From Flaccisagitta enflata (Eukaryota), in the NCBI GenBank assembly GCA_965153355.1, contig OZ231126.1, positions 20,088,001 to 20,152,000 on the forward strand: DNA of 64,000 bases. The letters are read 5' to 3'. Below are positions 36,127 to 46,516 of this stretch, in pieces; the first letter of the stretch is position 1; every line of letters starts with the position of its first letter. Below the pieces are notes generated by a model. The model was not told the origin of the DNA. It did not search any database and worked only from the letters and a program-made list of their open reading frames with translations. A program made the position numbers and the translations under genes.

Positions 36127-38703
36127 CTAAAGTCCTCCCTTTCCTCCCTTTTGCCCACCTCTGGACTGTGCCCTGCTCTGGCGCTGCTGCTGTTGGCCTG
36201 GCTGTTTTAGCAAAGCAACTAATTCACGCTGGCTAATGCTCGGCACCTCTTTAGCGTCCCTACTGACACTCAAATTCCTCTTCGCGTTACCATTCATCTC
36301 ACCATCGGAGTCAAGAGTTTCATCGCCTCTCGCTCTCTTCAAAGAGGCACTGCGGTGCCTCGCGTCCTTGTTTTGGAGTCGAGGGATGGCCATTTTTGGA
36401 GCCGTCGATCCGGAGTAGGCCGACATGGCTGCGCTGCCAAGGGCCTGCAGTCTCGCCGAGAGATGCTGGAAGGAAGGTTGGGGGGCTGCTGCTGCTGCGC
36501 CCAGCAACTCGGAGGGTGCTGCTGCTGCTGCAGCCGCCGCCGCGACTGGTGCTGGTGTCACGATGACCGCGACATGGCCGGATGAGAGCGACGGTGAGGC
36601 GCCAAGAGCGCCGTCCGCGATGCTGTGGTTGATGCTGATGCTGTTGTTGTTGCTGTTGAGGCTGGAGACGCACGAAATCATCTCCGGTGTCAGGGCGAAT
36701 GAGCCACTTTCGACGGAAGATGGGGGATCGCCGCCTCCTTCCTTTCCGTGTGGGGGGGTCGAAGTCGACGTCGCCACAAAGCTCTGGGAGAGGTTGAGGA
36801 GAGCCGCCTCTGCCATGGCCACACTTTTTGCCACTGCCGCCTCCTCCACTTCAGCTCTAATCGCTGCCGCCAATTCCTCCTCCTCCTTCTCAGAAGCCGT
36901 CAGCTTCTCCAAGGTGGCTGCTGCTCTTGCTGCCTCGTCCTCCTCCTCCTCCACCTGGCTGCCCCAACTGACGTTGCCTTGGAGTGTGTCGTCGCCTTCT
37001 TCAACTGGGACCACCACCTCCGTTGCTTCCGCCACTCTCTTCTTCTTCTTCTTCCTCCTCCTCTGTTCCTTTGGAGCCTGTGAGGATTCAACTATATCCT
37101 CCTCCTCCTCCTCCTCCACGTCCCCTCCTCCTTCTGCAAGACTGGAGAGGGCATCCTGCGTCGATGGCGCTGCTGATGCTGCTGTTGATGAACACGGGGC
37201 TGCCGCTAATGGAGACGATGATTGGCCGGCCACTGGTGGTTGCTGCACTGCTGCTGCTGTCGAAGTCGTTGGTGATGGCGCCGGTGCAAGTAGCGGTGGC
37301 GCTGTTGCTGCTGCAGATGATGATGATGAAGTTGGAGGGAGTGTTGCTGCTGCTGTTGACGAAGTTAATGTAGCAGATGTGGAAGATGCCGAGGCCGTTA
37401 CCACTGCTGCATATGATGGCAACGTCGCCATCGGCGTCGTCGCCACATCTCCCGATGGCGAAGCATAAGGCGGGCATGCAAACTCCTCATGCAATCGGGT
37501 GCATCGCATGCATCCGACCTTGTGATGGCGGTCCGAGCACCCGTCGTACGGATTATCGGCCACCTGGAAAGAAACTATCGCGTCCTTCCCCATCTTATCA
37601 TTAACATCAGTTCTCACCTTCCCCATCACTTTTCGGGTTCCACTGGCGGAGTAGTGGACCCCATCCCTGTCGAGATCATCAAGAGCGAAGACGAGCGTTT
37701 CGAGGTTGATGAAGGTGCAGCCTATCTTTGATGCCGCTCGCTTCGCCTCCGCACGGGTGAAGCGACGGTAGTCGTACTCCGGGCCGTGGCAGATTTCGCC
37801 GACAAATGGGTCCACAATGAAGATGGAGCGATCGCCGTTGTTAAGGGGTGACAGCACCTTACAGAGCTCCTCGAATTGGTGCTCCACCATCTCCTTTGCG
37901 TCGTCAAAATCACGGCCGTTGTTATTACGGCCCACGGACACGATTACAATTTCGCCATGAGGAAGGATGGATGAGTCATTGTTTATGTGGTTCGCCACAT
38001 GCCCAATTTTGGCGCCGGGGATGGCGTCGACACGCATCGAAGCGTCATCCTTCAGCATTCTCATGATGCTATCGCCGAAGAAGAGGATCCTGGGCGGGGT
38101 TGCTGTTGCCGATGCCACCGCCCCATTCCTCCGTCTGCGACTGCCGCCTCCTCCGTTGCTACGCTGCTGCCAACGTGGGCACTGCCCATCCTTGTGCGTG
38201 TCGTCGCACTGCCTGCAATCGAAGGGTTGCTGCCTATACACAATCTTATAGGTGTACTCCACCCCTTCATCCGACGTCCACTTGTTGAAGCGAGGAAGGT
38301 GGCGACTTCCAATCTCCACCAATGCCTCCCTTACACCATTGTAGATGCCAGTCGCCTCCTCATGCTCCTTGCTGACCGTTGGTTGCACGATGACGCATCC
38401 ATAATCTCGCATAAAGGCGTCGAAGTATTCGTCCCCTACCATCACCATTTCTCCTTCATACGTTTGAAAAAACTTCACCCATGTAGCAGGCTTGTTCGAC
38501 TTTCTCCTCCTCATCGGGATCGTCGTCTTCGTCCTTCCTTTCTCCACCTTCAGCTCAAACTTCTCCAACACCGCCGCCGCTTCCTTCGTCCTCGCTGAGA
38601 CGTTAAAAACGCCGCGTTTCCTGAAGGCGTCGGTGATAACGACGTTGTTGAGGATCGTCGATCCATGCTGATCTTTGATCTGCTCCCTGAACGCCTTCGC
38701 CAC
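36127..38703 (-). CDS. LINE ORF1: zinc knuckle, SGNH/GDSL esterase, second knuckle, low-complexity tail
   Basis: CRQCDDTHKDGQC; FFGDSIMR...IPGAKI...VGRNN...DGVHYS; CMRCTRLHEEFAC. Start codon unclear. Confidence 0.82.
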   Translation of the reverse strand: MAKAFREQIKDQHGSTILNNVVITDAFRKRGVFNVSARTKEAAAVLEKFELKVEKGRTKTTIPMRRRKSNKPATWVKFFQTYEGEMVMVGDEYFDAFMRDYGCVIVQPTVSKEHEEATGIYNGVREALVEIGSRHLPRFNKWTSDEGVEYTYKIVYRQQPFDCRQCDDTHKDGQCPRWQQRSNGGGGSRRRRNGAVASATATPPRILFFGDSIMRMLKDDASMRVDAIPGAKIGHVANHINNDSSILPHGEIVIVSVGRNNNGRDFDDAKEMVEHQFEELCKVLSPLNNGDRSIFIVDPFVGEICHGPEYDYRRFTRAEAKRAASKIGCTFINLETLVFALDDLDRDGVHYSASGTRKVMGKVRTDVNDKMGKDAIVSFQVADNPYDGCSDRHHKVGCMRCTRLHEEFACPPYASPSGDVATTPMATLPSYAAVVTASASSTSATLTSSTAAATLPPTSSSSSAAATAPPLLAPAPSPTTSTAAAVQQPPVAGQSSSPLAAAPCSSTAASAAPSTQDALSSLAEGGGDVEEEEEEDIVESSQAPKEQRRRKKKKKRVAEATEVVVPVEEGDDTLQGNVSWGSQVEEEEDEAARAAATLEKLTASEKEEEELAAAIRAEVEEAAVAKSVAMAEAALLNLSQSFVATSTSTPPHGKEGGGDPPSSVESGSFALTPEMISCVSSLNSNNNSISINHSIADGALGASPSLSSGHVAVIVTPAPVAAAAAAAAAPSELLGAAAAAPQPSFQHLSARLQALGSAAMSAYSGSTAPKMAIPRLQNKDARHRSASLKRARGDETLDSDGEMNGNAKRNLSVSRDAKEVPSISQRELVALLKQPGQQQQRQSRAQSRGGQKGGKGGL

Positions 38704-39566
38704 CCACGCCTAACCACTGACGATCCAGGTCTTACAAACTAGATACGATCTACTGCACGATCAAAGTGATTCTCGTCTCCAATAGATACGAGAAGAGATA
38801 GCTATAAATTGATTATTAGATATAACTAGATATCGATTTCCGGTACGATTCATTATTTTTTTCATAGTTACATATTATCAATAAATGTTTACCATTTCCT
38901 AAATAAGGTGTTGTGTGTGTGTGTGTTTGTGTGTGTGCGCTTTTGTGCGTGTGTGTGTGTGTGTTCCTTTTAGAAGTGCTCTTAGGTCGCTTATCATAGT
39001 AAATCCATATTGAACATACAGTAGAGTCGCTTTTCTTGTATTTGTTATCAATTTGGAGAAATCTATTTTTGAAATCGTTTTTATACCAATGGAAAACGAT
39101 CTTAGATAAAAATTGGAAAAATTTCGAATTTGAGACAGGATACTTTACATTTGTAACTGTTTAAAAGAAAACCAGTCGGTATGAAACTGTTTTTTAGTCG
39201 CGTGCTACGCAACTTTACACCCCGCTTTGTTGGTCCGTGGGTCCGTCGGTTCGTCCGTCCGTCACACTTTACTTTTTCGGCGTTTCTGGGGTTTTTGACT
39301 ATACCGCTCCTGCCCAAATGCTCCACTGACCTCAAATATGGCGGCACGCGACTGGGGTACCCGTGTATCCGGCCTTGTTTTAATTTCAGACATGAATAAT
39401 TCGTCCATGGCATGAATGAATATCGAGTGAAAGACATTGCAAACGTAAGAAAGCATGAGCATGAGCCAGTCATTCAACCTCTTTTGTCTGCTCTTTTACT
39501 GTTACCAATTTTGGGTGATTGCCCACCCAAATCTGACTGAAAGAATCGAACCTCTCTCTCTGTCTC

Positions 39567-39698
<132 letters not shown>

Positions 39699-39786
39699 AA
39701 TTCTTACCCCATTCTCCATTCACACTTCCTTTTTTCTCTCCATTGTCTCTACTCGACCTCTCCCTCTCTTCTCCTTACTAATCCCA

Positions 39787-39823
<37 letters not shown>

Positions 39824-40403
39824 CGTCGGTCTGTCTCGGTGTTGCACACCGGATATCGGTTCACGATGCAGGAAGGGGTCTCGGTCAGTCTGTCCGATGC
39901 GGGTCGATTTTTGCGGAGGTTACCCACGCCACGTCGATTCCGAGTTGCGAGGGCACGCCAGAACGTCCCGAGAAGTCGAGGGTGAAGAGGCGTTGAGACG
40001 CCGGCGTCGTGGACGTCGTCGTCGTCATTCTCGTCTTTGCCTTTGCTCCTATAAAAACAATGCACAGTCCACAAAACAAACAATACGCACAGTCCAATAT
40101 ATGGGGATCCTCAACAGTATCTCAATTCAACGTCGCTGTCGTCGTCAGTGGCGCCGAAAATGACGCCGCCGAGCCGGAAGTGTCGCCGCTGAACCGGAAG
40201 TGGCGCCGGAAGCGCAAAGAGCGTCGAAAATCGCCAAAATTCGATACGGGTATCAAATGAAAGCTCGCGCGTTGGTCAAAGCCAAAATTTGAGCCAAAAT
40301 TTGGACAGAATTTGGGCCAGGCGCGCGGGATTGAATAGCAGAATTCTTTCTCGATCATGCTGAGGTTTTTTTCCTCGCATTTTTCCCTGTGTTCTTTTTC
40401 GGG

Positions 40404-40487
<84 letters not shown>

Positions 40488-40566
40488 CAGACAGACAGAC
40501 AAAATTACAGGAAGATTGATTGAAAGACAGACAGACAGACAGACAGATAGTTAGACAAAAAGATAG

Positions 40567-40597
<31 letters not shown>

Positions 40598-41109
40598 AAT
40601 AGATAGATAGACAGACAGATAAGATTAAATAGATCGAAAGAGAAAGAAAAGCTAGTTAAACAGAAGCAGGTCGATTGACCTCCAATCCAAGGGACAAAAA
40701 AGTGAGGGAGCAAAGTGATTGAGTGGGTAAAAGTCGCGCTTCGATGAATGGAGCTACAGAGAAAGAGAGAGAATATGAATTGCCGCGGTGAAGAAAAAAC
40801 AAGCACCCAATACATTTTTAGCGAGTTATGATCAAGATTGACTTCAGAATGCTATTGATAAACTTATCATATCGATTCATTTACCAAACATGACTTGAAA
40901 CGTAAGGATATCATCTTTCTTTGAATCTCAAAGCCTGCTTGATAACTAGATTGAATAATAACTGATTTAAACCAAAATGTTGCGTACACTATAATGTTAC
41001 TCGACTACTGATTTCAAAACACCATTTTATGATGCCCGAACTTGTCTTATGCTTCCATTTTTTTTTTCGAAAAAAACTAACCTTTTCGTGGGAAAAAATC
41101 AGCAATCTT

Positions 41110-41300
41110 TCACACAGCACCGATCCCATCCATGCCATGAATGGACTCAAGCGTGACTTTCCATTCATCAACCACATATTTCGAAAATACTGTGTGATAC
41201 CAGCGACTCAAAATGCGGATGAACGACTCTTCTCTATGGTTGCGCGAAATACTGGTTCTCCGTTCCGTAGTTACAAGATTTCAACCATTGAACCAATGCT
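41110..41300 (+). pseudogene. hAT transposase C-terminal dimerisation domain remnant
   Basis: FPFINHIFRKYCVIPATQNADERLFSMVA matches the hAT IPATSxxxERxFS motif. Confidence 0.75.
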
Positions 41301-41853
41301 TAGATCCTTACCGTCCCTTTCTACTCGTCCTTGTTGCTTGTACAATAAATGTCTTTCATTTCATTTCATTTCAACCATTGAAAAAAGTCGTTGTGGCCAA
41401 TCATGGTTTCCGCTTCCATTTCGATGGTGCAAATACGTCAAGCAGCACTGATGAGCTTGACAGCTTTTGATGTTCTGCCTTGTTTAACTGAGTTCTCCTA
41501 CTAAGCATGGTAACAACCTTACACAACTCGTCACTACTACCACATGAAAATAATAAAATTTGATTTGAATTTGTTTTACTGTATGTTTACTAACTATCTT
41601 TAAAAAGCTTTAAATAGTCATTGAAAAGAACTTTAAATGACATTAAGTAGCTTTAGATAGCTTTACGGAGCTTTGTATACGTTTATATAGCTGTTTATAG
41701 CTTTATGTAGCTTTGTATAGCTTTAAAACGACCGTTTTCTAGGAAACGAAGACGTTATAAGCAATAATCGTAACGGGTGTGTCTTTAATGCTATTGGGGA
41801 CTATCGAAACTTGACAAATAACGGGTGTTCCAAATTTCCCACGCAATGCGTTG

Positions 41854-42362
41854 TTGATGACATCCATAAGGTGGTCATGGATGCCCTGATAAGAATTTTC
41901 GCGGACGATACAAAAGTCGCACTCAAAGTGGAAAACGATGATGATAGAAAAAAGATGCAGAAAATCATCGATAATCTGGTGGAATGGGCGAAGAAATGGG
42001 TGATGGAATTTAATGTGGCAAAGTGCAAAATCCTCCACATTGGTCGTAAAAACCCTAATTACGAGTACTTTATGGATGGAGAAAAAATAAAGGAAGATGA
42101 CGAGGAAAAAGATCTGGGCGTGTAGGTTGACACTTCGATGAAGCCAAACAAACAATGTGCAGCTGCAGCAAAGGCCGCAAATTTTGCATTGGGCCAAATG
42201 CAAAGGGCCTTCCATTACCGAACAAAAAGTACTCTCGTCCCAATTTACAAGACTTTCATCAGGCCCAAGCTTGAATTCGGAGTAGCGGCGTGGAATCCAT
42301 GGCTGGAGACGGATAGAAAGGCCCTCGAAAAAGTGCAAGAGAGGATGATTAGACTTCTATCG
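41854..42362 (+). pseudogene. CR1 ORF2, piece 2
   Basis: Resumes DDIHKVVMDALIRIFADDTK...FNVAKCKILH...EKDLGV...RPKLEFG...LEKVQERMIRLLS. Confidence 0.92.
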
Positions 42363-43306
42363 CACCATGATGTCACCTTGGGGGGGTGAGGCCGAATGAA
42401 TCACCACAGACAGCTTTAATGATGTTGAAACGTAATCCGTTGTCAATTTTTTGATGCGGCTGCTAATATGGCGAAAATCGAATTCTGTTGTTTATAGCTT
42501 TGTCGCTAACTTGTAAAAAATTTTAAGTCGAGAGTTTTTGTAATTCTCAGTAATGTGCTAATTCTAAAGATCTGATTCTAACGCTCAATTCAAGATTCGG
42601 ATTCGGCTTCCATATGAACACGTTTCACAACTAAATACTACTGGGGACTAAAAAGCACTGTAGATGAATGGACAAGGAACAATTTTTTTTTTTTTTTTCA
42701 AAACATAAAAGCCTGAAATTGTGATTGACTCTTCGGTGTTGCTACTATAAGCACCGATCTTCCGCTCAATCAAACCAAAGGGGAAGAAGCCATCTTGGCC
42801 AGAATCGCCAGAATTGTATTTGCTCGTATCGCGAATTTGAGTAAAATAATTTTTTGTGTTGCGATATCATCTTTGGCAAAATCAAAAATCCAGACTGAGC
42901 GATGGTTGCGTTATTGCCACCGCCGCCCCCGCCGCCTCCGGCCACTCCCGCCGTCGAACTAGTTGAGCCGCCAAAAACGCCACCGCTGCCGCCAGAGTTG
43001 GTCACTGAAGCCGCTTTAACCCACGCGCCAATCGTTGGCGCCCGACGCTTCTTCTTTTGTCTTTTCAAATACACGTTATCGGTGGAGCCAACGGCGATAA
43101 TTCCGGATTTCGACGCCGCCGCCGCCGTTCACGCGATTCCATCGCCACTTCCACCTCCCGCTCCTCCACCGCCGACGTGATGACGCCGCCGCGAAGATCC
43201 AGCGCTTTTGTCGGAATCGGAAGCGCCGGTCGTGACTCCGCCGCCGCCGCCATTACCGGTGGCGTTTTTCTTCTTCTCCGTCTCCGATTGTCTTTGTTCG
43301 GCGTTT

Positions 43307-43998
43307 ATTTTTAGTCGCGTGTTACGCGACTCTACACCCCGCTATATCGGTCTGTCGGTCGGTTGGTCCCCTTTTTACTTTTTCGGCGTTTTGCAGCGGC
43401 CCCAAGGCCGATGTCCTGTAGAACACAGGGGGGAATTTCCATACGTCCGTCCGTCCGTCCGTCCGTCCCCCCCCCCCGCCGTTGGCCATCAACACCTCAA
43501 ATTTGCCCTCCAAGCCCTCAATTTAGCCTTTGAGGCCTCAAATCAGCCTTCCAGGCTTCAAACCAGCTCCCCCCGCCTCAAATTTGACCTCCAGACTTCA
43601 GATCTACCCTCCAGACCTTCAATTAGCCCTCCAAGCATCAAATTAGCCCTCCATGGCTCAAATTTGCCCTCCAAACCTCAAATCTGCTCTTTAAGCCTTA
43701 ATTCTGCCCTCCAACCTTCAAATATGCCTTCAGTCGCCTAAATCAGTTATCTAAGACCTAAAATATACCCCCTCAGGACGTATGGAAATTCCCCCCTGTG
43801 TTCTACAGGACATCGGCCCTTTGGGGCCGCTGCCCTGCTCTCACTCCACTACTTCACTGAATTACCCCCAGCAGGGCATCGGGTACCGCTGACCATGTGC
43901 GATCCTTGGATGACTAGTTGAGCATACGGCTTCTGCCCAGATGCCCTAGTGACCTTCTCCAGTATTGCTCCTGCCCACCCGCACGCGACTAGGGTAGC
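43307..43998 (+). mobile_element. HINE-type element containing a nested asymmetric inverted-repeat element (~43393-43920)
   Basis: AGTCGCGTG...CACGCGACT subterminal IR and 3' GCCG-TGTATC-CGGC hairpin. Nested element has arms GATGTCCTGTAGAACACAGGGG/CCCCTGTGTTCTACAGGACATC. Confidence 0.82.
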
Positions 43999-44048
43999 CG
44001 TGTATCCGGCCTTGTTTTTGTAATCGTCAAAATGTCTTCTTCGTCTTC

Positions 44049-44169
44049 TTCCACGTCGTAGCGCCTTAGACGACCAAAGCCAAAGGAGATTCCTCTGTTG
44101 CCTTCGATTGCATCATCAATGCGCATCCAATTGAAGTAGTGAGATGTAAATCTGTCTGCCTGATGTTTC

Positions 44170-44218
<49 letters not shown>

Positions 44219-44645
44219 GGTTCCGCATAAACGTAAAGCTTCATCGATCGGACAAATATCAACTCTCATCCAAAGAAAAACATCGACATCTGATCATCGC
44301 CAATCCATCGACCACCAATCTCCGCAGCGCGCGTCTCACCGTAGAAGCGGCGCCATCTTTCGCTTTTATCATTAAGCTGCCCGTCGTCTCACTGGTACAT
44401 TGGGTGAAGCTTTAACGCTCCCTTTTCATTCTTCTGATACTCCTAGTTTAGAAGTCACGTGGTACAAAAATTGTGTCGCAATCAAAAGACGACAATGACG
44501 AAGTAATCAAAATTACTCGTGATTACAATTTAATACTCCAAGATGTGTCAGAGGCACAGAAGGGCGTTCATCAATGCGTCACTACAAATTGCGCTTCCGT
44601 CCACATGCTCTTTAAAAACTCCTTGCAGTTGCAGATCCTTCATTA
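44049..44645 (+). pseudogene. decayed tandem immunoglobulin I-set domains (cell-adhesion-molecule type)
   Basis: FHVVAP*TTKAKGDSSVAFDCIINAHPIEVVR / WFRINVKLHRSDKYQLSS..HLIIAN..RSARLTVEAAPSF / GEALTLP..VTWYKN / NLILQDVSEAQKGVHQCVTTN. Contains stops, frameshifts and an intron relic at 44146-44218. Confidence 0.78.
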
Positions 44646-44929
44646 GTCCATTTTGTCTCGGAACCACTTTGCTGTGTTTAATCTAGTTGTTGTTGTTGTT
44701 GCTATTGTTGTTAATGTTGTTGTTGTTGTTGTTGTTGTTGTTTTTGTTGCTGTTGTAGAAGTTGTTGTTGTTGTCATTGTTGTTGTTGCTTTGATTAATG
44801 AAAAATATGGTTGCCCCTCTGGGTAAAATCAATTGGTTGCTGTCACCGCGGAGAGTTGATTGGACTAAATAGAAATAAGGAAACCGAACTTAGCTTAAAA
44901 ACCAAAACATAATTTGAAACTCATCATCA

Positions 44930-45110
44930 TCACTGCCTTAACCTTAAGCAGCACTTGTTTCCTCATCTTCACTCTCAAATTCTTCAAAATTTGGCTCTGA
45001 ATCACAATCAAATTCACTTTCACTACAGCTATTGCACTCGCTATCATATTCTTCATCTTCACTGTCGGAACCAAAAGCATTATCGGTTTTGGCTGAATCG
45101 AGTAAGTAAG
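44930..45110 (-). pseudogene. acidic coding relic, possibly a transposase N-terminus (piggyBac-like)
   Basis: LDSAKTDNAFGSDSEDEEYDSECNSCSESEFDCDSEPNFEEFESEDEE. Composition only, no catalytic motif. Confidence 0.3.
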
Positions 45111-45168
45111 CACTTCGGGTAAATGGAGATATTTAGATTCGCATTGACTACGTATAAGAGAAGAACTA

Positions 45169-45587
45169 CACTCTTTATTTTATATAAGGACCAGTAAATT
45201 TTTTCTGAGGCTGGGATGTCCTTAGATTTTAGTAAATTTCAGGCTGAAATGTCCTTAATATTTTGTTATGATTTTCTTATGATTATTTTCTATGTATTGA
45301 AATAATTGATGTTAAGTATCATGAAACACAAGTTAGATATGACAATAATTGCTTTGTAGTTGTTCTTTATAGAACATTATATCATTTAGCAAAGATGAAT
45401 GCTATCATTTCTTTTAAAATTAATTATTTTCTTTAAGAAGCTGCGTAAAGACAATCTAGATTTTGAATCAAAAAAATTTTTTAAACAAATCTGAGGCTGG
45501 GCTTTGTCCTTAAAATGTCCTTAATTTTTGACAAAATTTCAGCCTCGATGTCCTTATAAGCTTTGTCCTTACTCAAAATAAAGAGTG
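45169..45587. mobile_element. Tc1/mariner-type MITE
   Basis: TA|CACTCTTTATTT...AAATAAAGAGTG|TA. Related shorter copies near 7800-7955 and 51516-51630. Confidence 0.8.
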
Positions 45588-45629
45588 TAAATATATCTTC
45601 AATGTTAGCATTGCGAGAACACCCTCTGG

Positions 45630-45985
45630 CGACGATAGGGACCGACTCAACGATAGTGGCCGACTCGACCAGAGGGGCCGACTCGACCATAGGGGCCGAC
45701 TCGACCATAGGGGCCGACTCGACCATAGGGGCCGACTCGACCATAGGGGCTGACTCGACCATAGGGGCCGACTCGACCATAGGGGCCGACTCGACCATAG
45801 GGGCCGACTCGACCATAGGGGCCGACTCGACCATAGGGGCCGACTCGACCATAGGGACCGACTCGATCACAGGGGCCGACTCAACCATAGGGGCCAACTT
45901 GGCGATAGGGGCCAACTCCACCATAGGGGCCGACTCAACCATAGAGGCCAACTTGACAATAGGGGCTGAATTGACAATACGGGCC
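45630..45985. repeat. 18-bp minisatellite GACCATAGGGGCCGACTC
   Basis: Direct periodicity of 18. Confidence 0.95.
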
Positions 45986-46516
45986 ATCTCGATGTTCATG
46001 CACTCAGAGTTAAAGTCCGGGGACATAAAGGTCAACTTCAGCGCAGACAGTTAATATTTCTTTTAATCTATAGTATTTTATATACATTATGGTCAATCTT
46101 TTTTTCAGCGATGTCACTCATTAGGTTGGGAAGATATTTCACTTTTCCTTCTAGATCTACTTCCTTACTCGGATGAAGATGTATGTAAAGGTGATTTTTA
46201 TGGTGCGATTTTTCTTGTCATCATTGCTGTCTTACTATGCTGTAGGGAGTTACGCACTGGCGTTACTTCTTACCTTATCAATTTTTCCATGATACTTAAT
46301 TGCATTACAAAGCCTCATGCATGTAGTCAGATTTACCTTCATTAATGTGATGAACTGTCTGAGCATCTGTGTACCCGTCCCTCCATTTATTTTTTTTTTT
46401 TAGCCAGTTTGTCTCTCTTTCTTATTCGCGTATGGATACATTGGAATGTTAACTCTGACTTTGAGAAAATGTCGGTGGAGATGAGTTTTGAAAAGAAGTC
46501 ATAGAATAAGTGTTAC

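Larger units (their letters stand above)
28745..38780 (-). mobile_element. Tx1/L1-group LINE, near full length; boundaries approximate
   Basis: ORF1, 1.2-kb spacer and ORF2 on -. AATAAA on - at ~28745. No TSD found. Confidence 0.8.

Noticed and set aside
36236-38598. Long + strand ORFs opposite Tx1 ORF1
   Set aside because: Antisense shadows of GC-rich coding sequence, with no independent motifs.
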